64,000 nucleotides of DNA from Camelus dromedarius (GCF_036321535.1 NC_087447.1:52888001-52952000); one strand, 5' to 3'. Shown: positions 35,838 to 48,350, counted from the first letter of the stretch. Program-made: numbers and translations. Notes: a model not told the origin generated them from the letters alone.

Positions 35838-36249
35838 GTGATGCTTCACAGCTTAATGCAAGCCTCTCATTTGATTTGTATGTCAACACTCAAAGCCAAG
35901 TGTAGTCATCACTCAGAGAGAAGCAATGTAATGATTAAGTTCACCCAGATAATGGCCAAGAACTTGAGAGCAGGTTGCCTGATTCCAAGTCCAATGCCCA
36001 TGGCTCTCCAACAGGACATTCTTAGGATAAATGGGAGCTCTGTTGTATGGCAACTGATGGTAAATTAAGTGAAATTAAGTGAAATACAAGTTAAATTGAT
36101 TAGAACTTGACAACTTCTACCAGTATTCTTACGCTATTGATGCAAAAGCATGTTTTATTGAATGTCTGGAGGCTCCTTCATTTGCTGAAGTTTTAGTTTT
36201 AATATACAAAGTAGATTGTGCAGTGAATATTTTTAATAATTGTAATTTT

Positions 36250-36480
36250 GTAACAAGCATATATTGAGCATCAGTGTTTCAGTTACTTTTACACCTGTTA
36301 TCTCACTGAATTTATGCCACTGGAGCCTCCCAGCTGCCCATGAAGTAGATTACGGATAGGAAAGACTGAAGCTCAGAGAGGTTTAAGGATGTGCCCAAGA
36401 TTACCCAGGTAATAAGCCACAGAGGCAGTAAACCCAGCTCTGCACAACGCTGCAGCCTGAGGTTTCTTTGCCACAAATCA
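36250..36480 (-). mobile_element. MIR SINE
   Basis: GACTGAAGCTCAGAGAGGTTTAAGGATGTGCCCAAGATTACCCAGGTAATAAG. Confidence 0.75.
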
Positions 36481-37609
36481 GCAGCCTTGCTTGGATTCCT
36501 TTCCTGTAGTTAGATCAATTCCAGAAAGCTGGCAAACGTTAAAGTAGGGGGGAATGTTTCCATCTAACATTTTTCTCTTTTTGTTAGTGGAAACAATGTC
36601 TTTTTGAACCCCCCTAAAACTCTAAAGAACACATTCAAACACCTATTTCTACCACGGTCAAAACTTAGGACTCAGCAGCCACAAAATCCCTACTGTATTA
36701 AAGGACACCTTCTTGTCCCTGAAGTAAAAAGAATAAAGACATTTTGAAATTGGTATCAGCTTCATCTTTAACAGACCCTTCTCAAAGACTTTTACATGTA
36801 AACAAGATCGTTAAACACTTAATTTGACATTTATTACCTTTAAATATTCATGAGCCACTGGGTACCGGGAAACACCTACTGTACCGTTCAAGCCTGACTG
36901 AGTCTCTCAAAATATGATGTGTACGTGAATTACTTTCAGGAACATGGGGAAACTTCATGCTGCCACTTCCTCCTCTGAGACTTGAGTGGTGCTCACTAAG
37001 TTTATGAATTGTCTTGTTTGCAAACAAGGTAGTAAACCCAACAAAGCCACCCATGTCCATTTCATCACACATGTGAGTAAAATTCTGCTTTCTTTGAAGG
37101 AGTTTGCAGAAAGACATGCACATTTTATATTAACCTGTTCTCCCAGCCTTTTCCCTACCCTTTGGTGAAACCACCAAACTCTAGAAGGACTGAATGCTGC
37201 CTCCTTTTCAGCCCTGATAGTTGTGACCAACTTTTGGAATCAGTTCTAGAATGTGAGATGGGAGACCGACTTAGTCTGACAGCAGTGAGAAGGAAAATGT
37301 ATTTTTATTACACTGAAAATATTGTCCTGTATAGATGAGGAAATAAACCTACGCACTGATACACTGATGGAACTCCGGCTGCACCTTGTTTTCCCTTCTT
37401 GGATACTGAAGTGAAAAATATGACTTGGGCAGGAAGACAGAGCAGTAAGGATCTGTTTAAGGATGTGGAGGTGGTAGGAATGAGGCAGGTGAGAGAAAGA
37501 GATCTCTTCTCACCCTTTACAATTCCTCCAGGGCAAAGTCTCATCCTATGTTGATGCTGTAGTTGTCAGTATCAAATCTCTTTCATGTTGGTAGTAATCA
37601 TAATAATGA

Positions 37610-37735
37610 CTTGTCATGCCCATTTTATGGGTAAGGAAACTGAGGCTCAGGAAATTTGAATGATTATTTCAAAGTTACACAACTGAGATTTAAACTCAGC
37701 TATTCTGATCCTCAGTTTAGGATTCTTTCCACTAC
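37610..37735 (-). mobile_element. MIR SINE
   Basis: CCCATTTTATGGGTAAGGAAACTGAGGCTCAG. Confidence 0.75.
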
Positions 37736-37789
37736 AAACACCTAATTTAAAAAATTCTGCACCTGTCTTTTGGGATTTCCCAGTACCCT

Positions 37790-38125
37790 TTGAAGGACCT
37801 AGACATTAAGAGCATGAATCAGAGAAGACCAAGGAGAAGACATGCTGTCTGTCTTCAAGAAGATGGGCAGATGGAAAAGGAATTGGGCTTGATCTGTGCA
37901 GTTGCAGTTAAGAGAATTAGATCAATTGGTAGAAATTCAAGGAAGCAGATAAAAGGAAGTATACTCTGCCCACCAACATTGTCCAACAATAAAACAGGCT
38001 ACAGGTTAAGGTATTGAGCATCTTGTTCCGTAAATGCTCCAGAGTCTGGAGTCTGGCCGATCCTCAGATTGGGATGCTGTGGCTAGGATTCCTGCACTGG
38101 GTGAGGAGTTTGAATAGAAGGAGCT
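37790..38125 (+). mobile_element. L3/CR1 LINE 3' fragment
   Basis: GCTGTCTGTCTTCAAG...GGTAGAAATTCAAGGAAGCAGA...GTCCAACAATAAAACAGGCT...GGATTCCTGCACTGGGTGAGGAGTTTGAATAGA resembles the L3 terminus. Confidence 0.6.
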
Positions 38126-38233
38126 TGGATTACGCTCCCTATGCTGCTCAGTTAAGTGACTTGTGTGAAAACCTCAGGATTCCACAGAGGTGAGGCAGGT
38201 TCCCCCAAGTGATTGATTTAAATTTGAATTTGA

Positions 38234-38945
38234 TCATATGGTAAGTCTATTTTTAGTTTTTTGAGGAATCTTCATACTGTTTTCTATGATGGCTGCACCA
38301 AACTACATTCCCACCAGCAATCCCACTTCTGGGTATAAATCTGGCGGAAACTGTAATTCGAAAAGATACATACAACCCCAATGTTCATAGCAGCACTATA
38401 TACAGTAGCCAACACAAGACGCAACCAAAATGTCCATCGACAAATGACTGGATAAAGAAGTTGTGGTATATTTACACAATGGAATACTACTCAGCCTTAA
38501 AAGTAATGAAATAATGCCATTTGCAGCAACATGGATGGACCTAAAGATTATCATACTAGGTCAAGTAAATCAGACAGAGAAAGAAAAATATTATATGATA
38601 TCACTCATATGTGGAATCTAAAAAACATAAAAGGACACTATGAATTCATCTACAAAACAGAAACAGACTTGCAGTCATAGTAAACAATCTATGGGTACTG
38701 GGGAAAAGGGGTGAGAAGGGATTAATTTGGGAGTTTGAGATTTACAAATATTAGCCACTATATATAAAAATAGATTTAAAAAAAGTTTCTTCAATATAGC
38801 ACAGGGAACTATGTTTAATATCTTGTAGTAACCTTTAATGACAAAGAATATGAAAACAAATATATGTACGTATATGCATGACCAGGACACTGTGCTGTAC
38901 ACCAGAAATTGATACATTGTAATTGACTGTACTTCAATTTAAAAA
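38234..38945 (+). mobile_element. L1 with 5' inversion (inverted 38234-38319; sense 38314-38945)
   Basis: Antisense ORF2 segment joined through CCAGCA to the sense ORF2 end and 3' UTR. TSD TTTGAATTTGA at 38223-38233 and 38950-38960. Confidence 0.92.
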
Positions 38946-38974
38946 TTTTTTTGAATTTGAAAAGTTTTGGGTTT

Positions 38975-39210
38975 TTTTCTAATGAAAGAGACAAAAAAAA
39001 CCTTGAAACAGAACCTAAACCTAAAATTTAATAAATGATTAGAGGTGGTATTTCAAAAAAAAAGATAAATTCTTCAATAAATATTTTGGGACCAATGGCC
39101 TGCCATTAGAACACAAGCATTAAGCTGGACCTGTTTCCTCATTCCTTACATGAGAATAGATTTCAGATTAGTAAAATTTTTAAACTTTAAAAATAAATAT
39201 TAGAAAGTCT
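38975..39210 (+). mobile_element. Old L1ME ORF2 fragment
   Basis: ATTCTTCAATAAATATTTTGGGACCAATGG...AAGCTGGACCTGTTTCCTCATTCCTTACA...AATAGATTTCAGAT. Confidence 0.6.
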
Positions 39211-40339
39211 GCGTGAAGATACAGGCACATACACCGATGCACACAAGCGCACAGCAGATGTGACAGGGCTGATTTCCTAAGTCTAGCCGGAGCTTTTCAG
39301 TGCACACTCAGAAGTTCTTGCATATGTGTCACTGATCGGGGAAGTTGTAGCTCTACGTTGTTTTGGTTGTTACAAGTCAGGCTTGTGCATGTTGTTCGTG
39401 GGAATGTTACGTCTCCAGCCTGGGTTTGCTGAAGAGGCTGATGTCATCTATTCCCAGCAAGGCTCCCGTGCCTCTATTCTTGACACTCTCCCTCAGCCTT
39501 AACAACAAAACACGTGGTTGGATTAAAAAGAGCAACCACATTTCAAATGTTTTGTTTTATGGTAATACTGAATTAGGAATAGTTTTGTTGTTTATGATAA
39601 CTTTAGGGGACCCCTCTTCTATCCCATATACTAATGTAAAAAAAGTACAAGGTGTTCTAGGTCATAGTGATTTAACAATGAAAATAAAGTTTCCTTCTGC
39701 TCTTCTTTGAAGCTTTTGGGTCAGAGGATTTGAGGAGTGTCCTGAGATTGCAAGATAAACTATTAAAAAAATGTGCCACTTGCAGCTAGACGCATGCGCA
39801 AATAAGGGTATTTATTCTGGAGCCCGGCAGAAATACACAATATAGAGAAGCAAAATGAATGCCAAGGTTGATACAAGGTTTTAACTTCATAGCCTCATTA
39901 TTCTCATTGACTCTATAAATCAATGTTACATTTCGAACTTATAAATTGAAGCTAATCAGACTTTTGATTTTGAGCTTACTGGCGCTCTTGGTAAGATTTC
40001 ATTGGGGGAAAATGATTTCCACTCTTAAGATGTTTGAAAAATGAATGACTTAAGATGTCTTTTGTTTTTTTTCTGGAAAAAGCAGTTTTCTTTGATTGAT
40101 TATTACTGATTTTCCTTTTCTCTTTTTGCCTTGGCCACAAAGATGCTCAGAACTACAATGTTTTCAACTGCAATCGTGCCTGTAGATTAAGTTTTCTAGG
40201 ATTAGTCCCCCTCTCTCCCTGTCACTATTTGAATTCTTTCCATTAAGGATATTTGTTTTGCTACAATGTAGATTGATTATTCTTTTTTTAAACAAAATTA
40301 TTTCTTCTTTCCCCCTAGAGGCAGGGGGTATAGTCATTC

Positions 40340-40810
40340 AAACAAATGTTTAATTTAACAAATATTTCTTGCATGTCTACTATATTTCAAGCACATTTCT
40401 AGATGCAGAGACATTAGATAACAAAGCAAAATGACCTCATGGAGTTTACATTCTAATAGATTGGTGTAGACCATAAGCAAGTAATGTGTAATGTATCAGG
40501 AAATGATGAGATTTATGGAGAAGAATGAAGCAAGCTAAGGGGCAGAGGGTGAGAGCTAGAGGAAGGGTCTCATTTCAGGTCACAGATGGGCTGCTCTCTG
40601 GGAAAAGGAGATTGGAAAAGAGACTTGACCAGTGAGCAAGGTATGGTGACATCTGAAGAAACAGCCAATCTCAGGGAACAGAAAAGGGCACGAGGCTGGA
40701 GCAAATATGATGAGTTTAAGGAAGAGCCAGAGGACAGGGCTGGCTGAAACAGACTGAGTGAGGGGCAGAGCTGTGGGAGATGAGGTGAGATAGGTGACAG
40801 GGAGCCTTGG
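40340..40810 (-). mobile_element. L2 LINE 3' fragment
   Basis: TTTAACAAATATTTCTTGCATGTCTACTAT...ACCTCATGGAGTTTACATTCTA...GGGAGATGAGGTGAGATAGG. Confidence 0.8.
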
Positions 40811-41469
40811 ACAGTGTGTGTGTACATCTGAAGTGAGAACAAGAGGGTTGCTTGCATTTTCTCCCTATGCCAATGGAACATGACTTGGCGTGGTGGACTG
40901 CCAGCTGTATTTCCTCACACACTTGTTTGCTTTTCTGTCCCCCTATTTCTATGGACACTATTAACTATGGTAGGGCCAGAGCCTTTCGAAAGAGCTCAGA
41001 GACTACAGACATCTCACTCCTTAGGTTCTGCTTTTTTACCATCCCACTTCTTCTGGCTGAGCCCTTTCAGCTCCCAGGCAAGTTCTTGTCGAGGGCTGAC
41101 CCTGAAGTGAGAACTAACCTTGACACTTTAGGCCTGGCATCTTGACTGCTGAAATGACGGTGATGATGGCGGTGATGATGATGATGTCTGATGATGGTGG
41201 TCATGACAATGGCAGTACCGACAACTTATCAAGCACTTCCTGGGTGGGAGTCCTGACAATCTTGCAAGACAGCCAACACTCCTATTCTGTATACGAGAAA
41301 ACTGAGGCTCAAAGATAACAAATATATCACCCTCGACCTCATGTCTTGGGAGTGGTGAGCAGGTGTTTGACCCCAGGGCTATCTGACTGCACAGAATGAG
41401 TTCTTTCCATCATGGGTTCTTCTGAGGGGGAAATCTGGGCTTCGGTCTGGTCACTAAGAGGCAGCCCAT

Positions 41470-41622
41470 TTTAGGAATTTGGGATTAACAGATACACACT
41501 ACTATATGTAAAATAGATAAACAACAAGGACCTACTTTATAGCAGAGGGAACCATATTCTATACCTTGTAATCTCTATAATGCAAAAGAGTCTGAAAAAG
41601 AACAGATATATATTAAAAAAAA
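41470..41622 (+). mobile_element. Very short L1 3' UTR insertion ending early
   Basis: TTAGGAATTTGGGATTAACAGATACACACTAC...GATATATATTAAAAAAAA. TSD AAGAGGCAGCCCAT (41456-41469) / AAGAAGGAGCCCAT (41623-41636). Confidence 0.88.
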
Positions 41623-42468
41623 AAGAAGGAGCCCATCCCCAAACCCATGCCTCTTTGTCCTCAGTTCAAGTTCAGGGCTTCTTACACAGTTCCTGATTAA
41701 CACTCTAGCCACCTGTTGGAAGGACACCTTGAACGGTGTTTTCCAGAATCTTGGCTGGGGAGATGGGTCCTATCCACCATTACCCAAGAAACCCTCCGTA
41801 CACGTCCTCTCTAAGTGTTGCGGACAAATGTCATTTTCTGAACCTTGGATACACTGCTGATAGGCATTTTGGCTACTATACCTCAACCACCAAGAATCAG
41901 GCCCAGCTTTGCCACATTTTACCTTTTCAGTCCATGGAATTTGTACTTCGCGTCACCTGCTGCAGGGCTAGTGCTTTTCTTCAGCCTGAGTTCTAGACAG
42001 ACCCTGCCTGGCTTAGCCTTCTTTCTGAGCTCCCCTGGGTTTATGATCTTTTCCTTTGATGTGAGAGCATATTCTACAAATGCAGAACTGTTTTGAGACT
42101 TTTTTACCAAGATTTTATCCTCTCACTCTTTTTGGGATACGCTCCAAAACAATTTTTTTTTTTTTGCAGTGTAATTTCTGGGGAAGGTAATTACTATGTT
42201 TAAAACCTGATATTTTAAGGGCAGATGAAGGGTTTTTTTTTTTTTTTCCCCAAGAATTAAGGGAACACTCCATCACTTATTTCTTTGGCAGAGTATCTGC
42301 ATTTGTTTCCCTTGAAGTCCTCAGAAATTAAGGCCATACTCTATTCATTTTCAAATTACAGAAAATAAGCTAAAAAAGGAGTGAATAGAAGAAAAGAAAG
42401 ACCAACTTTGCTGAAAGCAGACATTTCATAAACTGCTTGGTCACATGGATTCATTTATTTGTTTAAAG

Positions 42469-42689
42469 CAGGAATTAACAAACTTTATTTACAAAGGGCC
42501 AGACACTAAATATATTAGGCTTTGTGGCCACACAATCTCTCATAACAACTTAATGCTGCTGTTGTTACATGAAAGCAGCTATAGACAATACACAAGTGAA
42601 TGTGTATTACTGTGTTCCAGCAAAACTTTATTTCCAAAAACAGGTGGTGAGCCCGATTTGGCCTGTAAACTATAAACTGCTGACTCTTG
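42469..42689 (+). mobile_element. hAT-Charlie MER58A-like relic
   Basis: AAAGGGCCAGACACTAAATATATTAGGCTTTGTGGCCAC...AAAGCAGCTATAGACAATAC...AAAACTTTATTTCCAAAAACAGGTGG. Confidence 0.85.
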
Positions 42690-42896
42690 TCCTAATAAAA
42701 GAACACCTGCTGTGTGTCATCTTATGCCAGCTACAAGATAGAAACAAAGATGATCAGAACTGGAAGGACTCTTATAATCATCTATTCCACATCCTTTATT
42801 GTATCTATGAGGATTTGTTGATGACTGCACATTACACAGCATCTTAAGAGCAGCCTCAAGAAAAGAGAGTAACTAACATTTGTTGACTATCTACCA

Positions 42897-44815
42897 TGAC
42901 AAAGATTGCTAGTTGTCACCTAATATCCACTTTCCCCATCTTCCTTAGTAATTTTTATCTGGATTAATGGCCACTGGAATTGAGACTAAATTTCCCAATC
43001 TCCCTTGCCTTTGGATGTGGCATGTAGCTAAGTTCCACTCAGTGGTTGTATGCTACTTAAAGGAACTGTTCCTAAAGAAAGAGACTGTGCCATTCTTCTT
43101 CCCTTTTCTTTTCTACGGGCTGGAATGTGGATGTGACGGCTGAAGCTTGAGCAGCCATCTTGCACCATGATGCAAGCACTGCATTAAGAATGGTGAATCA
43201 ATAAGAGGTAAAGAGGTCAGGTGCCTGATGCTGTGGAGCACCATATCTAGACTGAACTGTCTCCAGACTTCTTTTGGCACTTTGAAAGTGTTATCCCACT
43301 GCCTTCTGATTTGGACTGCATCTGATGAGAAGTCTGCAAACATTCTTGTGTTTGTTCCTCTCTGTGTAATGTGTCACTCTTTCACTGCTCTTAAGATTTC
43401 CTTTTTATTGCATATGTTTAGCAATTTGATGATGGTGTGCATTGGTGTGATTTTTCTTTGTGTTTATCCTTCTTGAGAAGTGTAATATTCTTGGGTTTGT
43501 AAACTTTTAAGCCATTATAACCTCAAAATACTTTTTCCTCCCTTCACCCAACTCCTGGTTTCTGTGAATGCAATTACATGCATGTTGGGTTACTGTTACT
43601 ATCCTACAGGTCACTAAGGCTCTGTAATGTTTTTATAGCTTTCTTTCTATGATCAAGTTGGATAGCTTCTATAGTTTTATCTTCTAGGTCACTGATTGTT
43701 TCTGCTGAATCTAATTGGCTGGTAAGTCTACCTAGGGAATTTTTATTTCAGATAATATAGTTTTCAGCTCTGAAAGTTTTATTTGTCCTTCTTTTTGATA
43801 GTTTCAATTTCTCTCTTCATTATGTTCATTTTACCTGAAATCTTCAAATATATTTGTAAAAGCTTTAAAAAACCTTTCTCTGCTAAATCAAAAATACTTA
43901 TAAATTCTATATTTCCTCCGATGGGTCAGTCCCCCACCCCCGCAGTTATATATTACAATTTCCTGCTTATTCACATGTCTAGTAGTTTTTATTGGATGCT
44001 GGCCATTATGCACACTGTGTTTTTAAATGCCTAGATTTTGTTGTCTCTTTGAGTGTTCAGTTTGATTTTGGCAAGCAGGTATTTTACTTATAGATCTGCT
44101 TGATCCTGTTGAGTTTTTTAAAGGGTTTGGGTAAGGCAAGTTAAGAGGTTTTACTTTAAGTATCATTTAGCTCTCTTCCTAAGATGTGATCTCTCTGGAG
44201 TCTCTAGTAAATATTAACTGAATGCTCAATGAGTTTCAAACTCTGGGGGTTGTTCAACTTACAGCTTTCCCCACAGTCTTTCTGTTATTCTTTGCCTGGC
44301 GTCATGAAGTCTCATGCTACATGTGTGCAGCTTGGTGTTAACTCAAATACGCAAGGGGATCTCTATGCTGAGTTTTTGGAATTCTTTTTCTGCACAGTTC
44401 CTTCTCCTTTGGTATAATACTCTGCACTTCAGCTGCCTCAGCTCCCTAACACTCTAGTTTCACAAAATTGTTGTGCTTTGCTTGTTTCCCTCCCTGTTCC
44501 AGGGAGAAAGCCTCCAGGTAGAAATCTGGGACCATCCTGAGTCTCAACTTTTTTATTGCCTTTACTTCAGGGATCACAGATATGCACTGCCTTTTGTTCA
44601 ATGTCTGAAAATAGTTGTTTGATGTAGTTTCTTCAGCTTTCCAGGTGTTTATAGTAAAAAGGATAGTCTAGCACCAGTAATTACATTATAGTTGGAAGTG
44701 AGATTATACTCATGTGTAAAAGAAACAGCACAAGAAATGTGTACTTGCATCTTGTTTAAAACAGTGTAATTTTCAGGTTTTCTGCTACTTGCAGCCAAAC
44801 CTAATCTTCAATACT
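42897..44815 (+). mobile_element. MLT1J-like LTR split by L1 (42897-43275 + about 44710-44815)
   Basis: GGCTGGAATGTGGATGTGACGGCTGAAGCTTGAGCAGCCATCTTG...CTCCAGACTTCTTT, resuming with CTTGTTTAA...TCTGCTACTTGCAGCCAAACCTAATC. Confidence 0.75.
43276..44702 (-). mobile_element. Old L1M (MC/MD/ME-type) 5' end and ORF1 region
   Basis: Minus-strand peptide FADFSSDAVQIRRQWDNTFKVPKE corresponds to the L1 ORF1p C-terminal domain. T-rich top strand; the end ...CTAGCACCAGTAATTACATTATAGTTGGAAGT resembles an antisense L1M 5' terminus. Confidence 0.82.
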
Positions 44816-45513
44816 CCAATATGACAAGCACCAAGCTAAGTGTTTCACACACATTATTTCTTAGATCTCACATTAGCATCATGAAAATCTCATAAAGCAG
44901 TGGTTATTGCTAGTCCCATTTTTACCAATGAACAGAACTGAATTAGAAAGGAAAAGAAAATGGAATTAAGGAGCCTCCTTAAAATTCAATTGAGCAGTTA
45001 ATAAGGGCCTGTATTTGAGTGATCATAAGAGAGTGAACAGTAAGTTACCTGAAAGACATTGGAAAGATAGAATTAGATAGAGTGAGTAATATGGAAAGAG
45101 AGGAAGAAGCTGAAATTCTTGGTGTTTAGAATAACAGCAGAATATTGAATATGTATCAGAAAGGTTCACTGATGGTCACCATGCTTACTAAGGCAGGAAA
45201 GAGACTCGTGTTGTTGTAAAAAGAAGTTCAAAACTCGAGGCAACATATGGTTCCTTGCTTATGATATCATCCATCAGAAACTCACCATTCTTAATTTTTT
45301 CCAGATATATAACTAGAGTTTCACTTTTGGGGATTTCTGGCCAGCCAAGGGGACTTCTGTATATTTGGGCACAGTGTGATCAGCACAGGGTAGAGTGGCT
45401 TCTTCCTAGACTAATCTTACATACTGGATGCTTCTTGGCCTAACTTATTTTAGTCACTGCCCTGATGACCTTTTTTTTTTTTTTTTTTTTTTTTTGGCAG
45501 GCTTTGGCAACTT

Positions 45514-45931
45514 TGTGTAGGTATGATTGGACCGTATCTTGCCTTGGGCCTCATGCCATGTATCTTTCACTCCTTCCTTGGGACTTCTCAGACACCACAG
45601 TACGGGATGCCTATAGGATCTGCTCTACTCACATATAGCAAGTAGGAAGTCCAGGGGCGTTAACACCTATGGGGCCACCCTGACTAATGAGGATGCTCAA
45701 AGAACAAATGCTTCTCCCTCTCATCCCTCAGGCAGTTAGTTCTGAGTTGCTTTCATATGACTTCTGGGAAGGTCCTGGTAGGACTGAGAACCAGTTGCTT
45801 TTACGATGACTAACTCAATATCACATCCTTATTTTTGCTACCCTCTTTTTCACCTCCCTGGGGTCACAACCCCAAACAAGATCCACACACATGGTCTTAG
45901 ACACTGCGTTGGGAGGAGCTGAGGCTAAGAC
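45514..45931 (+). mobile_element. ERVL LTR16-like solo LTR
   Basis: GGACTGAGAACCAGTTGC...CCTGGGGTCACAACCCCAAACAAG...GGCTAAGAC end, typical of LTR16. Confidence 0.7.
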
Positions 45932-46367
45932 TCCTACCAAGAGGAACAGCTCACAGGGAGCGAGTCTGAGAGCACAGCACGTCAGCGTTCCAGGGTCGGT
46001 CTCCTAGAGAAGAAGGCACTGGTGAGCTCAGAAGGACAGACAGACAGAAATGTGAAAAACGGGAGGAAATTCCCTGCAGAAACGGAAGGTAACATCATCT
46101 TTCATATGAAATACCTGGTCATGGAGTTTTGAGATAAGTGAGCTCGTCAAAAGTTTCTCTTGTAATCAGCTGTCAAGCAATCAACTTAGTTTAACGAAGA
46201 TAAATTGGACAAAAGCCATTTAATTTCCTCTTAAGATGGACGAAGAGCAAAGGGAGAAATTGATATATATAATCCTGTTTACAGAGACTTGATTTCTTTG
46301 GATCTGAAGCTCAAGTGGCCAGTTGAACTGAACTCTTGATTATAAAGTTGACTAAGCAATTCGCTTA

Positions 46368-46666
46368 TTTTTTTTTTTAAATTGAAGTATATTTGATTTA
46401 CAAGTTGTGTTAATTTCTGATATACAGCATAGTGATTCAGCTATACCTACATATATTATATATACACTTTTTGTATTGTTTTTCATTATAGGTTATTACA
46501 AGATATTGGACATAGTTCCCTGTGCTATATGGTAGGGCCTTGTTGTTTATCTACTTTATATATAGTAGTTTGTATCTGCTAATCTCAAATTGCTAATTTA
46601 CCCTCCTCTAGCCCCTTGCCCCTTTGGTAACCATTTATTTGTTTTCTATGTCAGTGAGTCTGTTTC
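46368..46666 (-). mobile_element. Cetartiodactyl-type L1 3' end
   Basis: Poly-T + AAATTGAAGTATATTTGATTTACAA...; 17-bp TSD ACTAAGCAATTCGCTTA (46351-46367) / ACTTAGTAATTCACTTA (46667-46683). Confidence 0.92.
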
Positions 46667-47329
46667 ACTTAGTAATTCACTTACAATAGCCCCATTACTG
46701 GGCTCCCCACCTCCTGCCCCTTTGTGTTGCCCACATCAATCCTACTCAACAGCAGTCAGAGAACCAGTCCTCTCTCAGCAATGATAAGACCAGCCCTCCC
46801 CATTGCAGACCTTCAGTGACTCCGCACTGCTTGCTTTAGTTTTCAAAGCCTACAGTGTTGACCCCAAATTTCCATTAAACTGGACTACTCCCATTCCTTG
46901 AATACCCGCCATACTTTTCTGTCCTCAGGCTATTCGCTTTGCCTGGCGTGTCCTGACTTAACTTCATCTGCTGCAGTCACACCCATCATCTGAGAATCTG
47001 CCCCAAATGCTACTTGCTGGAAGAAGTGTGAACAGCCAACCAGAGGGACCACTCCCAGCTCAGAACTCAGTGGCATTTTGTGTTTCCTCTCCAGGCCTTA
47101 CTATAAGCTGCCTGTATTAGAGCTGTTTGTGAAAACGTCTGTGTCACATTTAGGGTATGGAATGTTCTTCTCCATCCATATAGGTTGGGTTGAATAATTA
47201 AACAGGTATATGACCAAAAGAGGTCCTTGGGGAGCTATAAAATAGGAATCCACATTCTTGTGACTTACATAGGGTTGGGTGAAAGGGGAAGTAGCAAAGG
47301 AAGGAAAAGATAATTCATCTTCATGAAGC

Positions 47330-47530
47330 ATCAGCTATGGTGCTTTCCATATTTAGCTCATTTTCTGAGTCTTCACAACACCCTAGAAAGCACCTAGTAT
47401 TGTCCTCATCTTGCAGAAGGAGACTGTGAAGCTCAGAGAGGTTGGATGAATTATCACAGAGTATAGCTAATTAGTGATGGAATCAGGATTTGAATTCAGA
47501 TCTGACTTGAAAACTTTTGCATATTCCATT
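47330..47530 (-). mobile_element. MIR SINE
   Basis: GAAGCTCAGAGAGGTTGGATGAATT...CAGGATTTGAATTCAGATCTGACT. Confidence 0.75.
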
Positions 47531-47535
47531 ATAAT

Positions 47536-47662
47536 TAGGGGGCATATGTCATCCTAACTGGGATGCTTTTGAAAGTGAGAGGGAGTGCTATCACTAACTA
47601 CACTGGGGCCACTGGAGGAGGCGGAGACCGCCCTCAGCCAACTGGGTTCTACAGTCACCCCA
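47536..47662 (+). mobile_element. hAT-Blackjack MER94-like relic
   Basis: TAGGG...GTCACCCCA termini, internal CTTTTGAAAGTGAGAGGGAGTGCTAT, and 8-bp TSD ATTATAAT/ATTATAAA (47528-47535, 47663-47670). Confidence 0.8.
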
Positions 47663-47865
47663 ATTATAAACCACCATGGTCTCTTGGCCTCTTGAGTATA
47701 AACTGGTCTGAAGCAGAAAACTAAACTAAATCTCTTGAGTTCATAATTCTTTCAGACAGGGTAACTTTTGAAGAAATAATGTGGTGTTGCAGCAGGCTTC
47801 CCTTACTGATAATTGGAAAGAAATCCATATTACCCAAAAGAATAGATAAGAATTCATGTCTTCTC

Positions 47866-48350
47866 GATGTGGTATATTTATACAACGGAATACTACTCAG
47901 CCATAAAAACTGACAACATAATGCCATTTGCAGCAACATGGATGCTCCTGGAGAATGTCATTCTAAGTGAAGTAAGCCAGAAAGAGAAAGAAAAATACCA
48001 TATGAGATCGCTCATATGTGGAATTTAAAAAACAAAAACAAAAACAAAAAGACAAAGCATAAATACAAAACAGAAATAGACTCATAGACATAAAATACAA
48101 ACTTGTGGTTGCCAAGGGGGTGAAGGGTGGGAAGAGACAGATGGGATCTCAAAATTGTAGAATAGATAAACAAGATTATACTGTATAGCACAGGGAAATA
48201 TACACAAGATCTTGTGGTAGCTCACAGAGAAAAAAATGTGACAATGAATATATATATGTTCATGTATAACTGAAAAATTGTGCTCTACACTGGAATTTGA
48301 CACAACATTGTAAAATGATTATAAATTAATAAAAAATGTTAAAAAAAAAA
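47866..48350 (+). mobile_element. Young camelid-type 5'-truncated L1
   Basis: ORF2 end, 3' UTR, AATAAA and poly-A; 18-bp TSD AAGAATTCATGTCTTCTC (47848-47865) / AAGAAATCATGTCTTCTC (48351-48368). Confidence 0.95.

Noticed and set aside
41706..41721. CTCF-like motif (CCAACAGGTGGCTAG on minus; a similar weak match near 4172-4186)
   Set aside because: Two or more mismatches to the core; such matches are expected by chance in 64 kb.
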